Virus record (IMG/VR): IMGVR_UViG_3300009174_000002
Span: 32,001 to 96,000 of that record
Strand: one strand, 5' to 3'
From: a virus
Length of the DNA: 64,000 bases
Shown here: positions 49,338 to 58,126 of the stretch, piece by piece
How positions within the stretch are numbered: the stretch's first letter is position 1
Layout: each line of letters opens with the position of its first letter
The notes under the pieces: generated by a model
Told to the model about the DNA's origin: nothing
Seen by the model: the letters and a program-made list of their open reading frames with translations, nothing else
Database searches by the model: none
Translations under genes and position numbers: made by a program

Positions 49338-50758
49338 TAAACTCTTTCAATATTATAAATTATCCCTAAAATTTTTCCGTCTAACATATTTATAAATTCT
49401 TTATCCATTAAATCTTCTTCTAATCTATCTTCATCTTCCCCATTTACCTCAATATATGTTTCAATTGATTCACATTCGCTATATGAACTAAAATTTACTA
49501 ATTTTTTACTTTTGCTCATAAGTTTTCTACCATTTTCTACTGCTTCATTTTCAGAATTACCTCTACAATACATATATACATCATATTTTTCTTCATCAGT
49601 AAACCATAAAACCCAAATAGATTTTAATTTTTCAAATAATTTTTCTTTTTCTTCAATTCTTGGTTGTAATCTTCTAGCCTTAAAAATATTCTCAGGTTTA
49701 TTTACTTTTTTTTTAGTCTCCATAATATATTCTTTTACTAAATTAGAAATATACCCATAAGTTCTATTTTCTACTAGAGTCTTTAGTTTAAATTCTTTTC
49801 CTTTGAATAAAGATTCATTTAAGGTAGTTTTACTATCTATAAATTTTGTAAATTCGCTTTCCTTAAATTTATAGATTTTTTTCTTTCCTCCTTCCTTTAC
49901 AATAACTTGTAATTTACCTTTTTCTTCACATTCTTTAAAGGTATTAGGCATTACTTCAAAATTTTGATCTATATCTTCATTTATTCTAGTTTTACTACCA
50001 TCTACTACATTTTGCATTCCTTTATAAGGGTCAAAAGTTTCCATTCTTTTTTTATTAAATCCTACTGGAGTATCAAAAGAAGCCATATCTGCTGTTGTCA
50101 TATCTTCTTTCAATTTTTGTTTAGGCGCTTCCTCCTTTTTTTCAAAATCTACTTTCTCATATCCATCTTCTTCCCCAGGATAATATTCATCGGCTACTTC
50201 TACTTCTGTTACACCAGGTACTTTTAAAAGATTTTTAATTTCTTCTTCGCTAGTATATTCATCGCCACAATCTGCATCTCCAGATGTCCAACATACTTTT
50301 CCATTTTCATGATTTACATGTAATACTCCATAATCTCCGCAATGTTTTATTTGTCTGGCATTAGATTTTAATTGTTCCATATCTATTTCATCTTCTTGTA
50401 AAGGTTTTTCATCCTTTTCCTCATTTTCTTCATCTTCTCCTTCATCATCTGAATTATCATTATAGGATTGTTTTTGCCAAGAATCAGGATCTTTATCTTC
50501 GTTTTCTTTAATAAATTTCTTAGTAGAACTACTAGATTTCCATAAAGGAGAATTATTAATCATTTCAATATATCCTTCATTAATATCTTCTTGAGTAAAT
50601 TCACAAAAATCTTTATTATACTTACTTTCAAATAAATATTTATCATCTTCAATAGAAGATAAATACATATCTGCTAAAGTTTCTTCAACTTCTTTTAAAA
50701 TCAAAGTATAAGGTTCGCCCATTCTAACTTCTTTCAAAAGTTTTACTTGTTTTTTCAT
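49337..50758 (-). CDS. multi-cassette acidic protein with degenerate tag
   Basis: ENIFKARRLQPR; many LKE/LQE/INE sites. Confidence 0.68.
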   Translation of the reverse strand: MKKQVKLLKEVRMGEPYTLILKEVEETLADMYLSSIEDDKYLFESKYNKDFCEFTQEDINEGYIEMINNSPLWKSSSSTKKFIKENEDKDPDSWQKQSYNDNSDDEGEDEENEEKDEKPLQEDEIDMEQLKSNARQIKHCGDYGVLHVNHENGKVCWTSGDADCGDEYTSEEEIKNLLKVPGVTEVEVADEYYPGEEDGYEKVDFEKKEEAPKQKLKEDMTTADMASFDTPVGFNKKRMETFDPYKGMQNVVDGSKTRINEDIDQNFEVMPNTFKECEEKGKLQVIVKEGGKKKIYKFKESEFTKFIDSKTTLNESLFKGKEFKLKTLVENRTYGYISNLVKEYIMETKKKVNKPENIFKARRLQPRIEEKEKLFEKLKSIWVLWFTDEEKYDVYMYCRGNSENEAVENGRKLMSKSKKLVNFSSYSECESIETYIEVNGEDEDRLEEDLMDKEFINMLDGKILGIIYNIERV

Positions 50759-50761
50759 TTA

Positions 50762-53700
50762 TTATTTTTTAAACGCTTTTATTTTTCCTGTTAATAATTG
50801 TTCGGTTTGTTCAATATGTTCACCTATAACTTTCATAAAATGTTCTTCTGTTTGAGAAATTTTACTATACATTGGTACTATTTCATAACGATTTTGATCT
50901 TCATCTTTCAAAAATGAAAATACTTCAAATTTACATTGTTCTGCATTAATACCTAATGTTATTACACGAAAAAATTTATTTTTATTATCGCCTTTTTTAT
51001 ATACTCTAAACATATATACACCATTAGGTTTAATTTGTTTTAACAACTCCAATACTGTTTTAAACTTACTTAATCTTTCTTCTACTCGTCTAGGTTTAAA
51101 TAAATCATCCCCTTCACTTTCTCCTAATTCCATCTTATAAGGTGTCGTATTATATAAATCTGCATAGGAATCTTGAGTTAAATGAGGATTGCCAGAAGAA
51201 ATACTTTCTTGTATATTTTTATTAAAAATTTTATTATGAGTATCAGAATCTAATGTCTTTTGACAAAAGTTAATAAACTCTTCTAAATTATTTCTAAAAT
51301 GAATTCTATTAAAATTTTTTAATTTATACAACTTAGAATCTAAGTATTTTGTTCTAACTATACCAATTTTTTTTACTAATTGGCCAATAACTTCTAAACT
51401 TATAAATTGTGGTATAAAAAATAATGTATCAAGGAAACCTGGTAGAAAACCATATTTTTGTTTAAATTCTTCGTTTTTAATTCTTTCTTTTTCAATTCTA
51501 TCTTCTATTTTACGAGGTTTGAAAAAATCATCATTTTTAGATTCTCCCAATCCTCTTACTGTAGTATAACCAAAATCAGTAGCCATAGAAGATCCTGCAT
51601 CTTTACTTATTTCTTCTTCCTCGGTAAATGGCGTCATTCCCATTTTTTCAAAAGTACCCGCCTGGGCTTCATTGAATTTTTTTTTATACCCAGGATATTC
51701 ACAATATTTATCATACAATTTATCTCCTTGATGAGTTCCAGATAATGAATTAGCTAGATTTACTAATTTTCTAATGTCTGCTTCTTCATAACTATTATGA
51801 TCATTATCATTATCATTCATCATATAATACCAATCAAAGTTTTTAAGTTTATTTTCAAGTTTAAATAATACTTGTTTTAAACTAGGACCAGGTTTAGTTT
51901 TTTCTTGTATTAACCCTACATAATTTGCTTTACCTTTGTTTTTTTGTACATAATCATAAGCAGTAGAACTATCAGTAAAATAAATTGAATTATCAGTATT
52001 CAAACCATATACATTAGCTTTTAAATTTACTTTATATACATGATCATCATCTGGTCTATATAAATAATTTTCTTTTTGTAAAGCCTCTTTTAAATTAAAA
52101 TAGTTATAAAAATCTTTTTGTAAACTATAGGAACTAATAATTCCTTTAGCTTGATTTACTATATCTTTTCCATCAGAGTTAGATTGTTCTAAATAATCCT
52201 CCCAACTGATACTTGCATTATTAGTATATCCAGATTTTATTTGATCCCATTCATTTTGTGCTTCGAGATTAGGGCATCTAGCAAAATATTCATCTAATCT
52301 TCCAAGTGTATATACTGGATCGGAAACTTTATCTAAATTTAATCCTTCGTTTATTGATTTAGATTCGGTTATTTCTTGATATCTAGATCTTTTATTAAAA
52401 GGATTATCTGGACAATGCCATTCATTTTCTATCCAATAGGCACTAGTTCTATAGATTCCATTATTTCCAAATTGATTAGGGAAATCAAGTATGGCATTAC
52501 AATGTGCAGTATATAATTCTATATCATTATTATATTTTATATTACTAGTAATTTTTGCTTTTACACTATCTTTACCATTATTATAATATACATTTATTGT
52601 CAATTCAATTATAGATCCTACTGGAAAATTTTTATTTAATTTTTCTTCTTCATTTTTTATTAACTGTTCTCTATCTTCTATGCGCCTGGGTTTAAACAAA
52701 TTTTTATTCTCTTTTAAACCATATTTTTTTGATTCTTGATATTTATGTTCTTGATTATCTGAATCATCTAAAAAATTTCCTTCCGAAGTAATATGACTAG
52801 GACTAAGTGTAATCCACATATTTCCTTCCTCCCTTTCTGGATGATATGAGATAGAGGTAAAATCCCAATTTAATTTTCTAACTAAAGGTTTTAATAATTC
52901 AGCAAACTTAGGTACATCTACAGGAATATTTAAATCTTTTATTTTACAAATAAAATTTAAGTAATCGGGATATAAGCTACCATAATGAATTTTACTTCCA
53001 TTTATAGGTTCTAATCTATCGCCAAATACTTCTTTTATATTATTTAACAAAGAGAAGAAATCCGATTTATTAGCATTTAAAATTTTCCTGTCGGGATCAA
53101 ATTCATTTATCCAATATTCACCTCGATTTCGTTTATCAAGTTTAAATTCATTATTTTTTGATGCCTTGATATTTAATTCTTGAAATCTATTTTGTCTCTC
53201 TAATTTTTGTCTTTTTAGTTCTTCTTGTTGTCTTTGTTCTATTTTTCTAGGTTTAAAAATATCATCAGATTCATTAATCTTTTTATTTTTATTAACTAAT
53301 ACTTTATTACCATTTTGCAATAAATCTCCAGTATTAATCAAATATTTAGTCCATTTAGACAAATTCATACTATTTATTTGTCCTGTAAACAATTCTGCTA
53401 AATCTCTCAATCTCCAAGTTGTAGTAGCGCCAGCGCCTGGTCTAGAAATAAGCATTAGTATAACATTCCAACCTTGTGGAGATAATTTTTTCTTTAATAT
53501 AGTTAAAGATGCTTTAACTATAGGTCTTCTACCAAAATTTCGTTCAGAATATTTATCTAAAATTGCTTTTTCTTTTTCTGGGCTAATACCAGAAAAAGCT
53601 TTTTGCTTCATAGTTTCAATATTCTTTTTATATTTTAATGCATTTTCTTCAGCTCTAGATTCGTTCTGTTCTTTTCTTATTTCTTTGGCTTTTTGTATAG

Positions 53701-54286
53701 CATCTTTAGTAAGTTGAATTTGAATATCCAAATCATCTTTATTTTTATCTAAATTATCTATATATTCGTTCCAAAATATGAGAGAAGTTTCTGATATTTT
53801 TCTAAATTCATCTAATTCAAATTTAGTATTTACATCATATTTATCAAATTTATTTTTAAAAACTTTAATTGTTTTAGAAAGAAAATTAAATAAAATACTT
53901 TTAGATTTATTATCTATTCCCATCCATTTTAAACCCTCTTTAATATCTGTTTTTTTATCATCTACCAGTTTTTTATATGTTTTTTCTAATCTCCCTTCTA
54001 ATTTCCTTGGTCTAAAAAGATTTTCGTCTTCTTCTTTCAATTGTCTAGATTCGTTGATAGGTGCTTGTAATAACTCATCAAATAATTCCTGGAAATCAGA
54101 ACCTGTATTCATGAGAATAACATTCTGATTTTTTTCTTTGTATCTTTTTAAATAATCTTGACCTTTTTCAGGATTAGCCACAATCAAATGTCTATACTCA
54201 CATATATCATCAACAATATATGTTTCCGCATCTTCCTGCCAAGGTTGTTTTAAAAATTCTTGAAACTTTTTTATAAAAAGATTCAT
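50762..54286 (-). CDS. 1174-aa putative polyprotein with five FKPRR cassettes
   Basis: NLFRPRKLEGR, DIFKPRKIEQR, NLFKPRRIEDR, DFFKPRKIEDR, DLFKPRRVEER, each preceded by [LI]xE. Confidence 0.75.
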   Translation of the reverse strand: MNLFIKKFQEFLKQPWQEDAETYIVDDICEYRHLIVANPEKGQDYLKRYKEKNQNVILMNTGSDFQELFDELLQAPINESRQLKEEDENLFRPRKLEGRLEKTYKKLVDDKKTDIKEGLKWMGIDNKSKSILFNFLSKTIKVFKNKFDKYDVNTKFELDEFRKISETSLIFWNEYIDNLDKNKDDLDIQIQLTKDAIQKAKEIRKEQNESRAEENALKYKKNIETMKQKAFSGISPEKEKAILDKYSERNFGRRPIVKASLTILKKKLSPQGWNVILMLISRPGAGATTTWRLRDLAELFTGQINSMNLSKWTKYLINTGDLLQNGNKVLVNKNKKINESDDIFKPRKIEQRQQEELKRQKLERQNRFQELNIKASKNNEFKLDKRNRGEYWINEFDPDRKILNANKSDFFSLLNNIKEVFGDRLEPINGSKIHYGSLYPDYLNFICKIKDLNIPVDVPKFAELLKPLVRKLNWDFTSISYHPEREEGNMWITLSPSHITSEGNFLDDSDNQEHKYQESKKYGLKENKNLFKPRRIEDREQLIKNEEEKLNKNFPVGSIIELTINVYYNNGKDSVKAKITSNIKYNNDIELYTAHCNAILDFPNQFGNNGIYRTSAYWIENEWHCPDNPFNKRSRYQEITESKSINEGLNLDKVSDPVYTLGRLDEYFARCPNLEAQNEWDQIKSGYTNNASISWEDYLEQSNSDGKDIVNQAKGIISSYSLQKDFYNYFNLKEALQKENYLYRPDDDHVYKVNLKANVYGLNTDNSIYFTDSSTAYDYVQKNKGKANYVGLIQEKTKPGPSLKQVLFKLENKLKNFDWYYMMNDNDNDHNSYEEADIRKLVNLANSLSGTHQGDKLYDKYCEYPGYKKKFNEAQAGTFEKMGMTPFTEEEEISKDAGSSMATDFGYTTVRGLGESKNDDFFKPRKIEDRIEKERIKNEEFKQKYGFLPGFLDTLFFIPQFISLEVIGQLVKKIGIVRTKYLDSKLYKLKNFNRIHFRNNLEEFINFCQKTLDSDTHNKIFNKNIQESISSGNPHLTQDSYADLYNTTPYKMELGESEGDDLFKPRRVEERLSKFKTVLELLKQIKPNGVYMFRVYKKGDNKNKFFRVITLGINAEQCKFEVFSFLKDEDQNRYEIVPMYSKISQTEEHFMKVIGEHIEQTEQLLTGKIKAFKK

Positions 54287-54631
54287 TTATTTCTTTTTGT
54301 TTATTTTTTTTGATTCGTTATGAGCAAACATATCAGCTTTTATAGATTTTCTTGGAGAAGTATTATTAGATACAAAAGAAGAATTACTTGAGGTATTTTT
54401 ATTTCTTAATAAACCTATTTCTTCTTCTAATATTCTAACCATTTCTTCATCACTCAAAGAACCTTTATATTCATTGATAATATCATTAATTGCTCCACCA
54501 AAATCATGCTCTTCAATACCTTCTTTTAACTTTTTCTTATTATTAGTAGAACTAACTAAAACTACTTTTTTTCCAATTTCTTTTTCAAGTAATTTTTGTA
54601 AAATTTTTATTTTTTCTTGATTTTTATTCAT
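54287..54631 (-). CDS. LLEKYS-tag family protein
   Basis: LLEKEIGKKVVL..LKEG. Confidence 0.68.
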   Translation of the reverse strand: MNKNQEKIKILQKLLEKEIGKKVVLVSSTNNKKKLKEGIEEHDFGGAINDIINEYKGSLSDEEMVRILEEEIGLLRNKNTSSNSSFVSNNTSPRKSIKADMFAHNESKKINKKK

Positions 54632-54640
54632 TTAATTTAT

Positions 54641-54883
54641 TTAGTCGTTAGGTAAGACCGTGTTACGTTTAGTATAAAGATTCCAAAATAAAGTTTTTAA
54701 ACTTTTTTTAATTAATGCTTTTATTTTTCTTTCATCAGAAACGGTTAACTCCTCATTTAAAACAATAAAATTCTTTTTAGGAATAAAATGTTCATCTATT
54801 CTTACTCCTTCTTTCTCGCTAATATATTTTTCAACTAGCTGTCCTCTTTTAAAATAATTAGATGATTCAGTTATTATTAACAT
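54641..54883 (-). CDS. hypothetical protein
   Basis: VLNEELTVSDERKIKALIK..LFWNLY. Confidence 0.6.
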   Translation of the reverse strand: MLIITESSNYFKRGQLVEKYISEKEGVRIDEHFIPKKNFIVLNEELTVSDERKIKALIKKSLKTLFWNLYTKRNTVLPND

Positions 54884-54895
54884 TTGATTTTATAA

Positions 54896-55276
54896 TTAAT
54901 CTTCTTCAGTTAAATTTAAATCCCATTCTTCTAATATATTTTGTATCATACTTTTAAACTCATTCAATGCGCCTTCTTTTAAATTAGAATATTTATTTGG
55001 AATATATTTATGTATTTCTCTATTTATACTAGTTATTAATCTAATAAAGGCAAAATGAACACCCATTCCATTTAAATAATCAACTGGTAAATTTTGATAA
55101 TATTCTGAGCTAAATTCTCCCCCCACATTTTGTTTTTCTGCTACTCTAACAAAAGCTTTTGGTATTTTTTTATCTCGATCATCTAATCTTTTATTTACCC
55201 TTCTGGGTTTAAATAAATTATTTTCATCTTCTTCAGATTCTTTTAAAGTGGTTAATATTTTAGAATTTATATTCAT
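54896..55276 (-). CDS. FKPRR-tag family protein
   Basis: MNINSKILTTLKESEEDENNLFKPRRVNKR. Confidence 0.75.
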   Translation of the reverse strand: MNINSKILTTLKESEEDENNLFKPRRVNKRLDDRDKKIPKAFVRVAEKQNVGGEFSSEYYQNLPVDYLNGMGVHFAFIRLITSINREIHKYIPNKYSNLKEGALNEFKSMIQNILEEWDLNLTEED

Positions 55277-55563
55277 TTACTAAAATTTATCCATTTCTCA
55301 TTTTCCCATAAAGCAGTTCCTACATAAAATCTACCAAAAGCTTTTCTATAATAATCTACAAAATACTTACCATCAATTATATAAGGAGGTTTTGTAACTA
55401 TTGAATCCAATTCCATTAAAATATCTTTATAATATACTTTAATAGTAGTACCAACTATAATATTATCAATTGTATTTACTTTTTCAAAAATTACTTTTTT
55501 TCCACTAGCTTCCTCCAACATCTTAGTTAAGATTCTAATTCTATTATTTTTTGATTTATTCAT
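55273..55563 (-). CDS. LLEKYS-tag family protein
   Basis: MLEEASGKKVIFE. Confidence 0.68.
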   Translation of the reverse strand: MNKSKNNRIRILTKMLEEASGKKVIFEKVNTIDNIIVGTTIKVYYKDILMELDSIVTKPPYIIDGKYFVDYYRKAFGRFYVGTALWENEKWINFSK

Positions 55564-55657
55564 TAGAATAGAAGATTCTTTTCATTTAAATATCGCCTTA
55601 AAGGTGAATTTACTTTGAAAGAATTAAATATCAAAATAAAAAAGGTGATAAAGTACT

Positions 55658-58126
55658 TTATCTTATCACCTCTGTATATTTATTTTCTTTAGAAAGTAGT
55701 ATTTGAGTATTATAAATATCTTTTAATTCATCGACATGAGATATTAAAATCAGATTTTTATAATAGTTAAGTAGCGAAGTAAATAAGACTGGAATTTTAT
55801 CTAAGTTATAAGGATCAAGAACATCAAAACCTTCATCAATAATCAAGGTTTGCAACTTAGGTTGTTCGGATAATTGAGTTAATCCTACTTTAATACATAA
55901 ATTAATAACAAAAGTTTCAGAACCTGAAGCCAAACTTACATCACAGGTTTCCTCATCTTTATCATTATCATATTGAAATTCTAAATTAAGTTCACCCTTT
56001 TCATTATCTATTTTAAATGTAATATCAAAATCAAATACTTGGTTGGAAATAATATTTATTTCTTGATTAATTGCTGAAATTTTTTCATCTACTATAAAAA
56101 GGGGGAAACCATCTTTGGCAACTATTTTCTTGTAAATATTATATATTCTGATTTCTTTTTCAGATTCTTGTATTTCTTTTAATTTATTATTATACTTAAC
56201 AATTTCATTTTGTAAATTTTTAATTTTTTCCTTATTAGTTGCAGAAATAGATTTTAAAGAATAAATATTATCTTGTAAAATTTTTTTCTCTGATTTAAAT
56301 TCTAATATTAATTTTTGATGATCTAGCATTAATTCTTTGGCATCTTTAATTTCTTGTTCTTTTTGTCTAGATTCTAATATTTTCTCCTTTAAAATATTAA
56401 TAGTATTTTTACAAGCTCCTGTTTCTACATCATAAACTAAGTATTTTGAATCAATTTTACTAATCTCATTTTCAATAGTTAAAATTTGTTTTTCTAGGTT
56501 AGTTTTATTTTTTTCATTGGTCTGAATAAGATTTTCTGTATCTTGTAAATCTAAATATAAATCTTTAATAGAATTATAATGAATTTGAACTTTCTCGCAT
56601 TCTTTTCCTAGTTTATTTATCTTTTCCTGTTTATTTTCTACTTCTTTTTCAATTTCTAAAATTCTATCTGTATTTTTCTTTTTATCTTTTTCAGTATAGT
56701 CTTTTCCACAACCATTACAAACATTAATACTTAATTGTTTTCTATGTCTTTGACTTTCAGATTGTAAAACTGCTATATCTTTTTCTAAAGTATGTATTTT
56801 TTCTTTTAAACTTTTTTCAAGTTTTGAAAAATTTTCATAAGTTTCATGAAAATTTTCTTCAAATGCTAATTTAGAATCAGCAATTTTTTCTAACTCTTTT
56901 TTCTTTATTTCTTCAGTATCTAATATCTTATTTTGTAATTCAATCTTCGAGGTTTCTAAATCATATACTCTTTTCTTTAATTTTTCTACTTCTTCATCTT
57001 TTCCATTTTTAATAGTTTCTAGTTCTTTAATTCTTTTTTCCTGTTTAGAAATTTTAAATTCAATTACATCTACTTCTTCATAGGGTTGATTTACTATAGC
57101 TTCATATTTAGATAATTTTTGTTGTTGTTCAAATATAGATTCATCTATATACTTTAATTTTTCCTCATGATTTTCAATGTTAAATTGATTGTTAATTATA
57201 AAACTATTTAAATTCTCAATTTCTTTTAATAATTCTTCTTCGTCTACTGTATTATTAAAAGATTTTATTAAACTTTCATGAACTTTATTTTTTACCGACA
57301 AATCTTCTAGTACTGCCTTATGTTTTAAAGTAAATTCCTGTAGACCTAAAAATTGATTTACATGTTTTAATCTATCCGCATTTTTACAATCAATAAAATC
57401 TACTTGCTTTTTTTGTGCAGAAAATAAAGATAGAATTTCAAACATATCTTGTGTACCAAATTGTTTTTCTATATTCTTTTCCGTTTCTTGTCTTTTTTCT
57501 CCATTTAAGTTTTCTATTATTTCACCTTCTTTATCAATTTTATAAAACTCTAGTTCAAAACTAACATTATCAGTCTTCTTAGGTATAATAGTTCTAGTTA
57601 TTTGATATCTTTCATTATTTTTGATTAGAATTAATTCTACTATACCATTTTTACTTCTGTTATATTTGTTAATTATTTTTTTATAAGAAGTAGTATTTTG
57701 AGGTACTGTACCATGAAGACAGAATTGAATCAATTTTAAAATTGAACTATTGTGTGAAACAATTCCATTAGAATAATATTGTTTTACATCTTGTACTTGA
57801 ATATCATATAAATCCTTAGTTTCAGATAATAATATAATACTTTTGATTTTTGAATCACCTTTAATAGTTTTTAATTTTTGTCCTGGATTTAGTAACTCAA
57901 TTTCTTTAAATCTGCCATTTGAGGTTTTAAACTTATGTTTAGGACTTGTTTTAATCTCCATTTCATTTTCTAAAATAGTATGAATAACTTTAGAGTTTTT
58001 AGCAGTAATATCACAAGCTTCTATTTTTTTATAACCATAAGGAGTATTTACTTTTAAATTTAAATCTCCATATTTTTTAAAAATATTATAAACTTCTCCT
58101 ATTGTAATTTTTTTATATTGTTCCAT
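55658..58126 (-). CDS. split-intein IntC fused to Rad50/SbcC (gp46-like) C-terminal part
   Basis: First 126 aa end YDIQV..YYSNGIVSHN|SS; then coiled coil with CNGC zinc hook, LASGSE signature, IIDEGFDVLD Walker B/D-loop, ISH switch; no Walker A. Confidence 0.9.
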   Translation of the reverse strand: MEQYKKITIGEVYNIFKKYGDLNLKVNTPYGYKKIEACDITAKNSKVIHTILENEMEIKTSPKHKFKTSNGRFKEIELLNPGQKLKTIKGDSKIKSIILLSETKDLYDIQVQDVKQYYSNGIVSHNSSILKLIQFCLHGTVPQNTTSYKKIINKYNRSKNGIVELILIKNNERYQITRTIIPKKTDNVSFELEFYKIDKEGEIIENLNGEKRQETEKNIEKQFGTQDMFEILSLFSAQKKQVDFIDCKNADRLKHVNQFLGLQEFTLKHKAVLEDLSVKNKVHESLIKSFNNTVDEEELLKEIENLNSFIINNQFNIENHEEKLKYIDESIFEQQQKLSKYEAIVNQPYEEVDVIEFKISKQEKRIKELETIKNGKDEEVEKLKKRVYDLETSKIELQNKILDTEEIKKKELEKIADSKLAFEENFHETYENFSKLEKSLKEKIHTLEKDIAVLQSESQRHRKQLSINVCNGCGKDYTEKDKKKNTDRILEIEKEVENKQEKINKLGKECEKVQIHYNSIKDLYLDLQDTENLIQTNEKNKTNLEKQILTIENEISKIDSKYLVYDVETGACKNTINILKEKILESRQKEQEIKDAKELMLDHQKLILEFKSEKKILQDNIYSLKSISATNKEKIKNLQNEIVKYNNKLKEIQESEKEIRIYNIYKKIVAKDGFPLFIVDEKISAINQEINIISNQVFDFDITFKIDNEKGELNLEFQYDNDKDEETCDVSLASGSETFVINLCIKVGLTQLSEQPKLQTLIIDEGFDVLDPYNLDKIPVLFTSLLNYYKNLILISHVDELKDIYNTQILLSKENKYTEVIR
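57749..58126 (-). mobile_element. split intein C-fragment (126 aa)
   Basis: Blocks B (KTSPKHKF), F (LYDIQV) and G (SHN|S) present; block A absent. Confidence 0.88.

Noticed and set aside
1-55563. FKPRR repeats as a DNA repeat, CRISPR array or DGR-type element
   Set aside because: Copies differ at synonymous positions, are irregularly spaced and always in frame. No fixed repeat-spacer period, cas genes or reverse transcriptase seen
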